DNA from: an uncultured Chloroflexia bacterium
Lineage (GTDB): Bacteria; Chloroflexota; Ktedonobacteria; Ktedonobacterales; JADMIN01
NCBI GenBank assembly: GCA_963718915.1
Contig: CAVRAI010000007.1
Coordinates: 240,001-272,000, forward strand
Length of the DNA stretch: 32,000 nucleotides
Direction of reading: 5' to 3'
A model generated the notes under the pieces. The model worked only from the letters and a program-made list of their open reading frames with translations. It was not told where the DNA came from and did no database searches. The position numbers were made by a program, and so were the translations under genes. Below are positions 16,401 through 25,224 of the stretch, piece after piece (the first letter of the stretch is position 1; every line of letters starts with the position of its first letter).

Positions 16401-17918
16401 ATGCGGATCGCCGGGCTGCTGGCGGCGCTGCCCGTCGCGGAGCATTATGGCGCTGACGATGGCGAGGTGACCAGTGTCACCTACGACTCAAGCGCGGTGA
16501 CGCCGGGCGCATGTTTCGTCGCCATTCGCGGGGTGCGCGCCGATGGCCATGCCTACATTGGCGAGGCGCTGGCGCGTGGCGCGACACTCGTCGTTGGCGA
16601 GGCGGCCATCCCACCTGACTTCCCCACCGACCGGACATATGCCCGAGTTGCAAATGCACGCCGGGAACTGGCGACGGTCGCCGCCCTGCTGGCGGGCCAA
16701 CCGTCGCACCACATGGAGGTCATCGGCGTCACCGGCACCGATGGCAAGACGACCACCAGCAATATCATCGATGCCCTCATGACGGCCGCTGGTCGGCGCA
16801 CGGGCTTGATGAGCACCGTCGATTTCAAGATCGGCGAGAAGCGCTGGGCCAACAACACGCGCTTCACCACGCTCGAAGCGCCCGAGGTGCAGACGCTGCT
16901 GGCGCAGATGCTCCAGGAGCAGGTGCAATGCGCCATCGTCGAGTCAACCTCCAGCGGGCTGGCGCTCCATCGGGTCCATCAGATTGCCTACGATATCGCC
17001 GTCGTCACCAACATCACCAGCGAGCATCTCGAACTACACGGCACGCTCGAAGCCTACCGGCGCGCCAAAGCGATGCTGGTGGAGGCGGTTGATCCTGACC
17101 TGCGCAAAGACCTTCCGTTCGCGAATCCCAAAGCCTGCGTGCTCAACGCCGACGATTCTTCGTTCAACTATCTGAGGCCCTTTTGCCGCGCGCCAATCGT
17201 CAGCTATGGCATCGATGCCCCGGCCGACATCCGCGCCGAGGAGGTGCGGCTGGGGCCGGACGGCTCGCAGTTCCGCGTCCGCCTGCCGGATGGCAGTGTC
17301 TTCGAGGTAGATACGCCATTGGTGGCGCGCTACAATGTCTCGAATGCGCTGGCGGCGCTGGCGGTCGGCTACCTGCACGGCCTCTCGCCGGAGCTGATGG
17401 CGCGGGCGCTCAAAGCGTTTCCGGGCGTATCGGGACGGATGGAGCGTATCGAGCGGGGGCAGCCATTTACCGTCGTCGTGGACTATGCCCACACCGCCGA
17501 CAGCCTGGAGAAGGTGCTGCGAGCGCTGCGTCCGCTCACACGCAACCGACTCCTCGTCGTCTTCGGCTCGGCGGGCGACCGCGACCGGGTGAAGCGGCCG
17601 GTCATGGGCGGAGTCGCGGCGCGCGAGGCTGATTTCGCCGTGATTACCGATGAGGATCCGCGTGAGGAAGACGCGGCGTCCATTCTGGCGGAGATTGCGG
17701 AGGGCGCTGATGCGGAGGGCGCGCGCGAAGGCGAGCAGTATGTCTGCATCGTCGGGCGGCGTGAGGCCATCGTCCGCGCGCTCTCGATGGCGCGCGAAGG
17801 CGACACGGTATTGCTTGCTGGCAAAGGACACGAGCAGAGCATTGTGATCGGGCGCGAGAAGCTCCCGTGGGACGACCGGCAGGTGGCGCGGGATGTGCTA
17901 GCCGAGCTGGGGTGGTAG
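16401..17918 (+). CDS. murE: UDP-N-acetylmuramoyl-L-alanyl-D-glutamate--2,6-diaminopimelate ligase
   Basis: 505 aa; AGGAGG RBS. Mur ligase P-loop GVTGTDGKTTT, plus VESTSSGLALHRV, DYAHTADSLEKVL and GKGHE motifs. Confidence 0.95.
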   Translation: MRIAGLLAALPVAEHYGADDGEVTSVTYDSSAVTPGACFVAIRGVRADGHAYIGEALARGATLVVGEAAIPPDFPTDRTYARVANARRELATVAALLAGQPSHHMEVIGVTGTDGKTTTSNIIDALMTAAGRRTGLMSTVDFKIGEKRWANNTRFTTLEAPEVQTLLAQMLQEQVQCAIVESTSSGLALHRVHQIAYDIAVVTNITSEHLELHGTLEAYRRAKAMLVEAVDPDLRKDLPFANPKACVLNADDSSFNYLRPFCRAPIVSYGIDAPADIRAEEVRLGPDGSQFRVRLPDGSVFEVDTPLVARYNVSNALAALAVGYLHGLSPELMARALKAFPGVSGRMERIERGQPFTVVVDYAHTADSLEKVLRALRPLTRNRLLVVFGSAGDRDRVKRPVMGGVAAREADFAVITDEDPREEDAASILAEIAEGADAEGAREGEQYVCIVGRREAIVRALSMAREGDTVLLAGKGHEQSIVIGREKLPWDDRQVARDVLAELGW

Positions 17919-18053
17919 ACGTCATCTTAGACAGAACGCCTGCTTTTTGGCGGTCATAGGCGCCGTTACCAGCCGGGAAACCGTGCCGTTGTATTCAGTG
18001 AGTCGCGCCGTAGAAATCTGGTGTAGTTATCTGGCGGAGCGGGTGATAGATAG

Positions 18054-20069
18054 ATGATAGAGTCATTCCTGGGCGCGTTTGTCACAGCGGCGCTTCTCTG
18101 CGCACTCTTCTGTGCGCTGGCGTGGGCCTTGTTCCCCTGGTTCCGCAGTAGCGAACGTAAAGAGGGCAACTTCAAGGCCGATCAATCGACCGGCGGCTTT
18201 CGCTTCGACCATAAGAAAAAGGAACTCAAGAAGCAGCCATTTCGGGTGAGCAGCAGCGAGCTACCGCTGGTCGGCGGCCCGGCGCTGGTGCTTGCCACCA
18301 TCGCGGCGTCGCTGGGGTTCGCTTTCTGGCTGGGGCTGGATCCACCAGAATGGCTGTTGTTGGGACTGGTGCTGATCGGCTTGGCGGGATATAGCCTCAT
18401 TGGTTTCATCGATGACTGGCAGAAAGTCCATCGCGGGGTTGGCATCACCGAGGCTCAGAAATTCATCGGCGTCCTTATCGTCTCATTGGGAATCGGTATC
18501 GCCTTCAATCGCCTGATCGTCACAAAATACCTTTCGGCGCGCTTCCCCTATCCGCCGTATAGCGATATCCCGCTGCTGGGCGAAGTCCTGCAGCACGCGC
18601 ATTTCGCCTGGATCATCTTCTTTATTGGCGTCACCGTCGTCGTCGGCGTCACCACGCCGCTCGCGGTGGATTTCGCCGATGGGATGGATGGCCTTTGTGG
18701 CGGGCTGCTGGTGAGCGCATCGCTGGCCTTCGCCGTGATCCTGCTCTTCCAGAATCAGAAAGACCTCTACCCGCTGGTAGTCGTCTCGCTGGCGGTGGCG
18801 GGCGCTTCGCTCGGCTATCTCCCGTTTAACTGGCCATCCCCGTGGCGCAATCGCGTCGCAGGACGCAAACGGCGCGCGCGGCTCATCATGGGCGACACCG
18901 GCTCGCTGGGGCTTGGCGGCGCGCTGGCGCTGGTCGCGATCGTCAGCCGCCTCGAAGTCTTGCTCATCATTATCGGCGGCGTCTTCGTGCTGGAGGGACT
19001 CTCAGCGCTGGTCTCAGCGCGCATCCTGGTCAAGTTCTTCCGCCGCTTCCTCTTCCTCGAACGCTTCGGCGATACCAGGGGCTTCCCGCATACGGAGTTC
19101 CCGCTGCCCTTCCTGGCGACGCCAATGCACCACCATTATGACCTGCTCAACTGGAACCGCGAGCGGCTGGTCTATCTGGCGTGGCTGCTGGGCGCGGCGC
19201 TAGGGCTGCTGGGGGTCGCCAGCGTGATCGCGCCGCTGACCTGGGAGCGCTATCTGGCGCGCTTCGTCGGCTTGCTAATACTGGTCGCCGTCTGGCAGCT
19301 TGGCCCCCGCACCAAGCTCTTCTTTCTGGGGCTGGCGCTCAAGCGGACCGATGCGCCAAATAGCCCGCGCCGTATCGGCCTCTTCTATGGCTATCCTTAC
19401 AAGCTCTTTGGCCGCCGACTTTATCACTGCGTCGACCTGACCAGCGTGCGCGAGACCGACCTGACCAGTCCAGCTGAAGACCTGTCGCTCTGGCAGCGGA
19501 TGAGTGTCTTCGATGCGCGCTCGCTGCTGGGATTTTACTGCTATCGCGCGGGCGCGGTGGATGACGCCTGGCGGGTATGGGATCGCCTGCCACGTCCCAA
19601 TCTGGAGGTTCGCCCGGAAGTCGAGGAGCTTATCAACGAGGTACGCCACCAGATTGCACTGGACGACGTAGAGAACGATCTCTCTGACCGCGCGCCGCTC
19701 TCCGCGGATGATCCGGCCAGCGCGGGCACATGGCGTGCGTCAGCGCCGCCGGCCTCCGCACAACATGCGCCCCGGTCGCGCTCCAGTGAGGTGGGAAACA
19801 TCGATCTGGCGAATCCGTCATCGTCGGCGAATTCGGTTCCAGCGCCGCTCTGGAATGCCTCCAGTTGGACCTCTGCCATGGCGCCGGTTGATGGACAGCC
19901 CGTCGATCCGTCGGCGACTTCGCCTTCTCGCCCCGTCAGCCCCAAAGCCCAGGCGCCTGAGAATGCCAACGGCGCCAGTGGGGTTCCGGTGACGACGTAT
20001 CCTCCAGTACCGGCGCCCGCGACGCAGCCGTCGCGCCAGCCCGAGGATGGCGCGACGAACGGTGGCTAA
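18054..20069 (+). CDS. mraY: MraY-like phospho-N-acetylmuramoyl-pentapeptide transferase (GT4 family) with ~270-aa C-terminal extension
   Basis: Motifs GFIDDWQKV, DFADGMDGL and ATPMHHHYDLLNW match the MraY DD / DG.DG / HHH motifs. It lies directly after murE. Canonical MraY is about 320-360 aa; here it is 671 aa, with an extra TM and a Pro/Ser-rich tail. The usual TPTMGG loop is replaced by ELPLVGG. Confidence 0.75.
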   Translation: MIESFLGAFVTAALLCALFCALAWALFPWFRSSERKEGNFKADQSTGGFRFDHKKKELKKQPFRVSSSELPLVGGPALVLATIAASLGFAFWLGLDPPEWLLLGLVLIGLAGYSLIGFIDDWQKVHRGVGITEAQKFIGVLIVSLGIGIAFNRLIVTKYLSARFPYPPYSDIPLLGEVLQHAHFAWIIFFIGVTVVVGVTTPLAVDFADGMDGLCGGLLVSASLAFAVILLFQNQKDLYPLVVVSLAVAGASLGYLPFNWPSPWRNRVAGRKRRARLIMGDTGSLGLGGALALVAIVSRLEVLLIIIGGVFVLEGLSALVSARILVKFFRRFLFLERFGDTRGFPHTEFPLPFLATPMHHHYDLLNWNRERLVYLAWLLGAALGLLGVASVIAPLTWERYLARFVGLLILVAVWQLGPRTKLFFLGLALKRTDAPNSPRRIGLFYGYPYKLFGRRLYHCVDLTSVRETDLTSPAEDLSLWQRMSVFDARSLLGFYCYRAGAVDDAWRVWDRLPRPNLEVRPEVEELINEVRHQIALDDVENDLSDRAPLSADDPASAGTWRASAPPASAQHAPRSRSSEVGNIDLANPSSSANSVPAPLWNASSWTSAMAPVDGQPVDPSATSPSRPVSPKAQAPENANGASGVPVTTYPPVPAPATQPSRQPEDGATNGG

Positions 20070-20229
20070 CCCGACCCTCTCGGTCCAGTCGCTGGCGTGA
20101 TATACTTTCTGACGGCTCTGACGGAGCGCTGCTCTGCGGGGCCGTCTGTCGTGTACGGAATATGCGCCGCGACGACGCGACCATGCAAGGGATTGCACAC
20201 CTTGAATTCAGCGAAATTGGAGACGCCAG

Positions 20230-21384
20230 ATGGCGCTAACGGTTGGTATCATCGGCCTGCCCCTCTCGGGTAAGACGACACTCTTCAACGCCCTGACTCG
20301 TGCGGGCGCGGAAATATCGGGCTATCCTACCAGCACGGTGCAGGCGAACCGCGCGGTGGTTCAGGTGCCCGACGAGCGGCTGACGCGGCTGGCGGAGATT
20401 TTTCATCCGCGCAAGGTCGTGCCGACCGCGATTGAATTCGTGGACGTGGCGGGCATCGGCCAGGAAGCCGCCGGGGCAAAGCATGAAGGGTTGAGCGCGG
20501 AATTCCTCGGCCACATCCGCAACGCCGACGCGCTGGCGATTGTCGTGCGCTGCTTCGAGAATCCGCAGGCGCCACACCCAGCGGGCAGTGTCAACGCCAC
20601 CCGCGACCTGGATGACCTGATGGCGGAGCTGGCGATCACCGACCTGGCGACGGTGGATAAGCGCATCGACTCGACCGGGCGCAAAGCGAAATCTGGCGAT
20701 AAGAAGTTTGGCGAGGAGCTGGAGTTCCTGCGGCGGCTGCGTGACCACCTCAACGAGGGCCGCCCCGCGAGCGAGTTGCACTATAGCACGCTCGATGAGA
20801 ACATCCTGCGCGAGCTGTTCCTGCTGACGATGAAGCCACGACTCTACGTGGTGAACGTCGGCGAGGATATTCTGGGCGATGCGGGCGCGCTGGTGGAGAG
20901 CGCGGCGGCGACTCCGGCGACGGGCGAGCTGGCGTGCGTGGCGGCGGCGCGTGATCGCGCACGGGCTGAGAGCGCCGAAATCGTCGCCGTCTCCGCCAAG
21001 CTGGAGGCTGAGTTGGGCGAGCTACCCGAGGAGGACGCCGCCGAGTATCTGGCCGCGCTGGGCCTGCCGAAGCTGGGCGCGGACCGTGTGATTCAGGTGG
21101 GCTATCGCGCGCTCAACCTGATCTCGTTCCTGACGGCGGGTGAGGATGAGGTGCGCGCCTGGACGGTGACGCAGGGGGCGAAAGCGCCTGCCGCCGCGGG
21201 CAAGATTCACACCGACTTCGAGCGTGGTTTCATTCGCGCCGAGGTGGTCCACTACGACGACCTGATGGCCGATAGCGGCTCGATGAAGACGGCGAAGGAG
21301 CATGGGCACGTCCGCCTGGAAGGCAAGGACTACACCGTGCGCGACGGCGACATCATCGAGTTTCGCTTCAACGTCTCCAAGTAG
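20230..21384 (+). CDS. ychF: Redox-regulated ATPase YchF (Obg-like GTPase family)
   Basis: G1 motif GIIGLPLSGKTTLFNALT, plus EFVDVAGI, the coiled-coil insert, and the C-terminal TGS-like domain (HTDFERGFIRAEV...[23 protein letters not shown]). Confidence 0.95.
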   Translation: MALTVGIIGLPLSGKTTLFNALTRAGAEISGYPTSTVQANRAVVQVPDERLTRLAEIFHPRKVVPTAIEFVDVAGIGQEAAGAKHEGLSAEFLGHIRNADALAIVVRCFENPQAPHPAGSVNATRDLDDLMAELAITDLATVDKRIDSTGRKAKSGDKKFGEELEFLRRLRDHLNEGRPASELHYSTLDENILRELFLLTMKPRLYVVNVGEDILGDAGALVESAAATPATGELACVAAARDRARAESAEIVAVSAKLEAELGELPEEDAAEYLAALGLPKLGADRVIQVGYRALNLISFLTAGEDEVRAWTVTQGAKAPAAAGKIHTDFERGFIRAEVVHYDDLMADSGSMKTAKEHGHVRLEGKDYTVRDGDIIEFRFNVSK

Positions 21385-21391
21385 CGGATGC

Positions 21392-22134
21392 TCAAGGGCG
21401 CGATGCGACGAATATCATCACGCGACTGGCGCTGGTCATAGGGCTGCCATCCCAGTCGCCGTAGACGTGCTCCACGGTGAATCCGGCGTCGATCAAGGAG
21501 TCGGTCAGCTCTTCCTGGCTACGGAAGCGCAACTCGCTACTGGCGACCACGACCTCACCTGTGTCGGTAAAGATGTTGTGGCCTGCGAAGCGGACTCGAT
21601 CATTGCCCACGTGAACCAGTTCCAGCCAGCACTCCATCGGCCCGAATGGGGAGTCGATCCGCTCATAGGTGGCGTCGCGTGTCCAGCGTTCCCACGCGCG
21701 ACGTCAGGGTTGCGGCTCTCGAAGGCAAGATGGCCGCCTGGACGCAGGGCAGCGTGGATAGCGCTGAGCGTCGCGCTCCACTCCACATCGTCGAGGAAGA
21801 TCTGGGCGACATTGCCAGTCATGACCACCAGATCGGCTGCTGGCGTTCCCAGCGCGCTGGCGTCGCCCTCAACCCATTGCACCCTATCGGCGCCTGGTTG
21901 TCGGCGAGCGACCGCTAGCATTGCGGGGGCAGGATCGACGCCCACCACAAAGCGTCCATCGACCGCCGCCAGTTCCCGCGTTAGCAATCCTGTTCCGCAT
22001 CCCAGGTCGAGAATCCGCCGGGCGTCGAGATGTGCGGCGAGGCGAAGATAGAAGTCGGTGTCGGCGCCACGCGGATTGTCGTGGTCGTAAAGCTCAACAA
22101 GGCGCGGGTCCACGTAGTGCTGATCAAGCCTCAT
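21392..22134 (-). pseudogene. Class I SAM-dependent methyltransferase, frame-disrupted at ~21694-21703
   Basis: The N-terminal part is in the frame of ORF 21505..22185 (MRLDQHYVDPRLVELYD...ILDLGCGTGLLTRELA...LRPGGHLAFESRNPDVA). The C-terminal part is in the frame of ORF 21392..21637 (AWERWTRDATYERIDSPFGPMECWLELVHVG...FRSQEELTDSLIDAGF). The second frame opens only after a tga immediately 5' of the junction. Confidence 0.8.
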
Positions 22135-22240
22135 GGAAGCGGTTACCTCCTCTGCCACACAGTGCCACAGAGCTAGAACGGACATGCCGCCATCAGTACA
22201 TTCATAACCATCTGGCAGGTGTCAAATACTAGGTGGGATG

Positions 22241-22377
22241 ACGACGACCTGATGGCCGATAGCGGCTCGATGAAGACGGCGAAGGAGCATGGGCACGTCC
22301 GCCTGGAGGGCAAGGACTACACCGTGCGCGACGGCGACATCATCGAGTTTCGCTTTAGCTTCAACGTCTCAAAATGA
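22241..22377 (+). pseudogene. Orphan duplicate of the last ~45 codons of ychF (..[44 protein letters not shown]-stop)
   Basis: 137 nt aligns to 21254-21384. The first 68 nt are identical, then one a/g change, one 6-nt insertion, and a divergent final ~7 nt including the stop. No start codon or upstream part of the gene is present. Confidence 0.9.
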
Positions 22378-22483
22378 GTACAAACCTTTTCAAAACGTCT
22401 ACAATACATTCAAGCAGTACCTCTTAATCATCTGCTGCTGGCTCTCTCCTCAAGAGGGAGGGGCCAAGGAGAGCACTCGAAGG

Positions 22484-22954
22484 ATGCCTACCATTCGTCT
22501 CGAAATGTTGATTGCTGCTTCGCCAGACCGGTGTTTCGATCTGTCGCTCAGCGTTGACCTCCATCGCCACTCGGTGGCGCATACCCATGAGCGCCCGATT
22601 GCTGGAGTGACCACCGGTGTCATGCGCCTGGGGGATACCGTGACGTGGGAAGCGGTCCATTTTGGCGTCAAGCAGCATCTCACCACCAAAATCACGGCGT
22701 ATGAGCGCCCACATTACTTTATCGATGAGATGATCCAGGGAATTTTTCAGGAAATGAAGCATCACCATGCCTTCATCCCCCAACCATCGGGAACGCTCAT
22801 GATTGATACATTCACGTTCCAAGCCCCATTGGGGATCCTTGGGAGGGTGATTGAAGCGCTGATCCTCACGCGCTACATGCGAGGACTCCTGCTCACCAGG
22901 AATCGGTACCTGAAGCAAGTGGCGGAAGCTGATACCGTTCAAACGGTCCTCTGA
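22484..22954 (+). CDS. SRPBCC (START/Bet v1-like, polyketide_cyc2-type) family protein
   Basis: Starts at MPTIRLEMLIAASPDRCFDLSLSVDLHRHS. The 156 aa have the typical SRPBCC N-terminal pattern and length. GC is lower than in the flanks. The track ORF from 22289 begins inside the ychF repeat, out of frame. Confidence 0.75.
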   Translation: MPTIRLEMLIAASPDRCFDLSLSVDLHRHSVAHTHERPIAGVTTGVMRLGDTVTWEAVHFGVKQHLTTKITAYERPHYFIDEMIQGIFQEMKHHHAFIPQPSGTLMIDTFTFQAPLGILGRVIEALILTRYMRGLLLTRNRYLKQVAEADTVQTVL

Positions 22955-23052
22955 CCCCATCGGTCGAAATGGCGACTGATGACTGATGGGGTCTAGCCTC
23001 CCCCTGCCACAGGCGAGGGGTAAAGCCCGCGAACAGGGAGAGGCAAAGCCGC

Positions 23053-24379
23053 CTACTCCGTGCGTAGAGCCGTGATCGGGATCGAGCCGGGAGGCGCGCA
23101 CGGCGGGATAGAAGCCGAAGATCAGCCCCACGGCCATGCTGGTGCCGACCGCAAGCGCGATGGCGATCAGGCTCAGCACGAACGGAAGTTGGAAGGCATG
23201 GGTCAGCGCCAGGCCGCCCGCCAGCCCAATCGCGATGCCGATGACGCCGCCCGCGATGCTCAGCGTCAGCGCCTCGATGAGGAACTGATTGCGGATATCG
23301 CTCCGGCGCGCGCCAACCGCCATGCGGATGCCGATTTCGCGCGTACGCTCGGTGACCGAGACCAGCATGATGTTCATGATGCCGATGCCGCCGACAATCA
23401 GCGAGATCGCCGCGATGCCGATCAGCAACACCGCCAGTGTCTGGGCCGACTGCTGCGCCGTCTGCACAAACTGCGTCGGGCTGCGCACCGTGAAGTCCGC
23501 CGTCGCGCCATCGGCGATATTGTGGCGCTCGCTGAGCGTCGTCGTGATCTCCTGCTGCACGGCGTCCACGTTATCGGTGGAATCGACCTGCGCCTGAATC
23601 TGCCCGACATATTGAGAGTTATTCAGCCGTTGCTGCGCCGCGCTAAAGGGAACGTAGACGACGTCGTCCTGGTTGCCCAGGCCCGATGCGCCCTTCGATT
23701 GCAGCACGCCGACCACCTGATAGCTCTGCCCGTTGATGAGCACTGTCTGTCCTAGAGGATCGGTTCCGCTGGGGGTGAAGAGGTTCTGGATGACCGTCTG
23801 GCCGAGTACCGCGACCGGCTGACTATTGGACTCATCGCCGCTGCTGAACCACGAGCCTTCGGAGAGCTGCCAGTTGCCGATAGCCTGCATGTTGGGATAG
23901 ACACCCTGTACGCGCGTGTTCCAGTTCTGCGCGCCCGCGATCACCTGCGCGCTGGCGCTAATGACCGGGCTAACATTGGCGACATGTGGCAGCGATGCCA
24001 GCGCATCGGCGTCGGCCTGCGTCAGCGACTGGAGGCTACCTGCGCCACCACGTACCCCACCAGTGGTGGACGAGCCAGGAGTGATTGTCAGCACATTGGT
24101 GCCGAGGCCAGCCACACGCGCGTTGAGCACGGCGCTCGTGCCTTGCGTCAGCGTGACGACCGAGATTACCGCGGCGACACCGACGATCACGCCGAGAATC
24201 GTGAGCAGCGACCGTAACCGGTTGGCCCAGAGCGCGCCCAGTGCGCTACGAACGCTGGAGTTGAGCATCAGCCCGCGATGGAGATGGACTGGCTTCCCGT
24301 GCTCTCTCGTCTGCCGCTGGCGCTGGGCCGCCGCTTTGTCTTGCTGCGGCGCGGGCGCGCGGAGGTTAGATGTGGTCAT
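23053..24379 (-). CDS. ABC transporter permease, MacB/FtsX family (frame broken 9 codons before the expected stop)
   Basis: Starts MTTSNLRAP...; the ATG overlaps the ATPase stop (ATGA at 24376-24379). It has an N-terminal TM, a MacB periplasmic core domain and an FtsX 4-TM bundle. Skipping one base near 23077 restores the family-typical end RASRLDPITALRTE-stop (stop at 23053-23055). Confidence 0.88.
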
Positions 24380-25221
24380 TCGGACTCCTCCTCCCGCCAC
24401 GACGGCGCTTCGGTTACATGGGTCACTCCGGGTGGGCTACCGGCAAGCTCGCTGGTGGCGACGCGCGGCGCATGCACTGGTGTGTCATGCGCGATCAAGC
24501 CGTCGCGGAAAGCGATCTGCCGCTGGGCATAGGCGGCGATATCTGGCTCATGCGTCACCAGCACCACCGTCAGCCCCGCCTTGTTCAGCCGCTGCAGAAT
24601 CGCCATGATCTCGACGCTGGTGTGCGTATCGAGATTGCCAGTTGGCTCATCGGCGAGCAGCAACGCTGGCCCGTTGACGAGCGCGCGCGCAATCGCCACG
24701 CGCTGTTGCTGGCCGCCCGAAAGCTGCGCGGGCTTGTGATCAAGACGGTCGCCCAGCCCGACCAACTGGAGCGCGCGACGCGAGCGATGGACTCGTTGCG
24801 ACTCGGCCATGCCGGTATAGAGCAGGGGCAGCGCGACATTGGCGAGCGCATTCGACCGCCCCAGCAAATTGAATCCCTGGAAGACAAAGCCGATGTGACG
24901 ATTGCGCAGGTCGGCGATGGTATCGGCGGGCAGTTGGCTGACCTCCTGCCCATTGAGCCAGTAGCTCCCGCTGGTGGGTGTATCGAGCAGGCCAAGCAGA
25001 TTCATCAGGGTGGATTTGCCTGAGCCTGATGGTCCGGTAATCGCCACGAATTGCCCGCGTGGGATGGTGAGCGTTACGCCGCGAAGCGCCGGGACTCGTG
25101 TCTGGCCAAGGTGATAGACCCTGCGCAGATTCTCGATCTCGATGACGGATCGGCTGCGACTCCGTGCGTTGGGTATAGCTGACCCAGCGGTGGCGCTGGC
25201 TGATGCTGAGAGATTCTCCAT
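24376..25221 (-). CDS. ABC transporter ATP-binding protein (MacB/LolD-type)
   Basis: Walker [11 protein letters not shown]-loop, signature LSGGQQQR, Walker [14 protein letters not shown]-loop VTHE. Confidence 0.95.
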   Translation of the reverse strand: MENLSASASATAGSAIPNARSRSRSVIEIENLRRVYHLGQTRVPALRGVTLTIPRGQFVAITGPSGSGKSTLMNLLGLLDTPTSGSYWLNGQEVSQLPADTIADLRNRHIGFVFQGFNLLGRSNALANVALPLLYTGMAESQRVHRSRRALQLVGLGDRLDHKPAQLSGGQQQRVAIARALVNGPALLLADEPTGNLDTHTSVEIMAILQRLNKAGLTVVLVTHEPDIAAYAQRQIAFRDGLIAHDTPVHAPRVATSELAGSPPGVTHVTEAPSWREEESE

Positions 25222-25224
25222 CGA

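Noticed and set aside
21302-22483. ORFs 21302..22051 (+) and 22289..22483 (+), both beginning [20 protein letters not shown].
   Set aside because: They are the same out-of-frame reading of the two ychF 3' repeat copies and are not paralogous genes. They are useful only as a flag for the duplication.
22955-22991. An 11-bp-stem hairpin (ccccatcggtc...gactgatgggg) between the convergent SRPBCC and permease genes, considered as a bidirectional terminator.
   Set aside because: It has no U-tract on either strand and includes one G-T pair. Support is too weak to call it a terminator.
22424-23052. C-terminal ~210 aa of the 658-aa ORF 22424..24400, as a possible extra domain on the MacB-type permease.
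   Set aside because: It is produced by a 1-nt frame break 9 codons before the canonical ...LDPITALRTE stop. It runs antisense through the well-supported SRPBCC gene.
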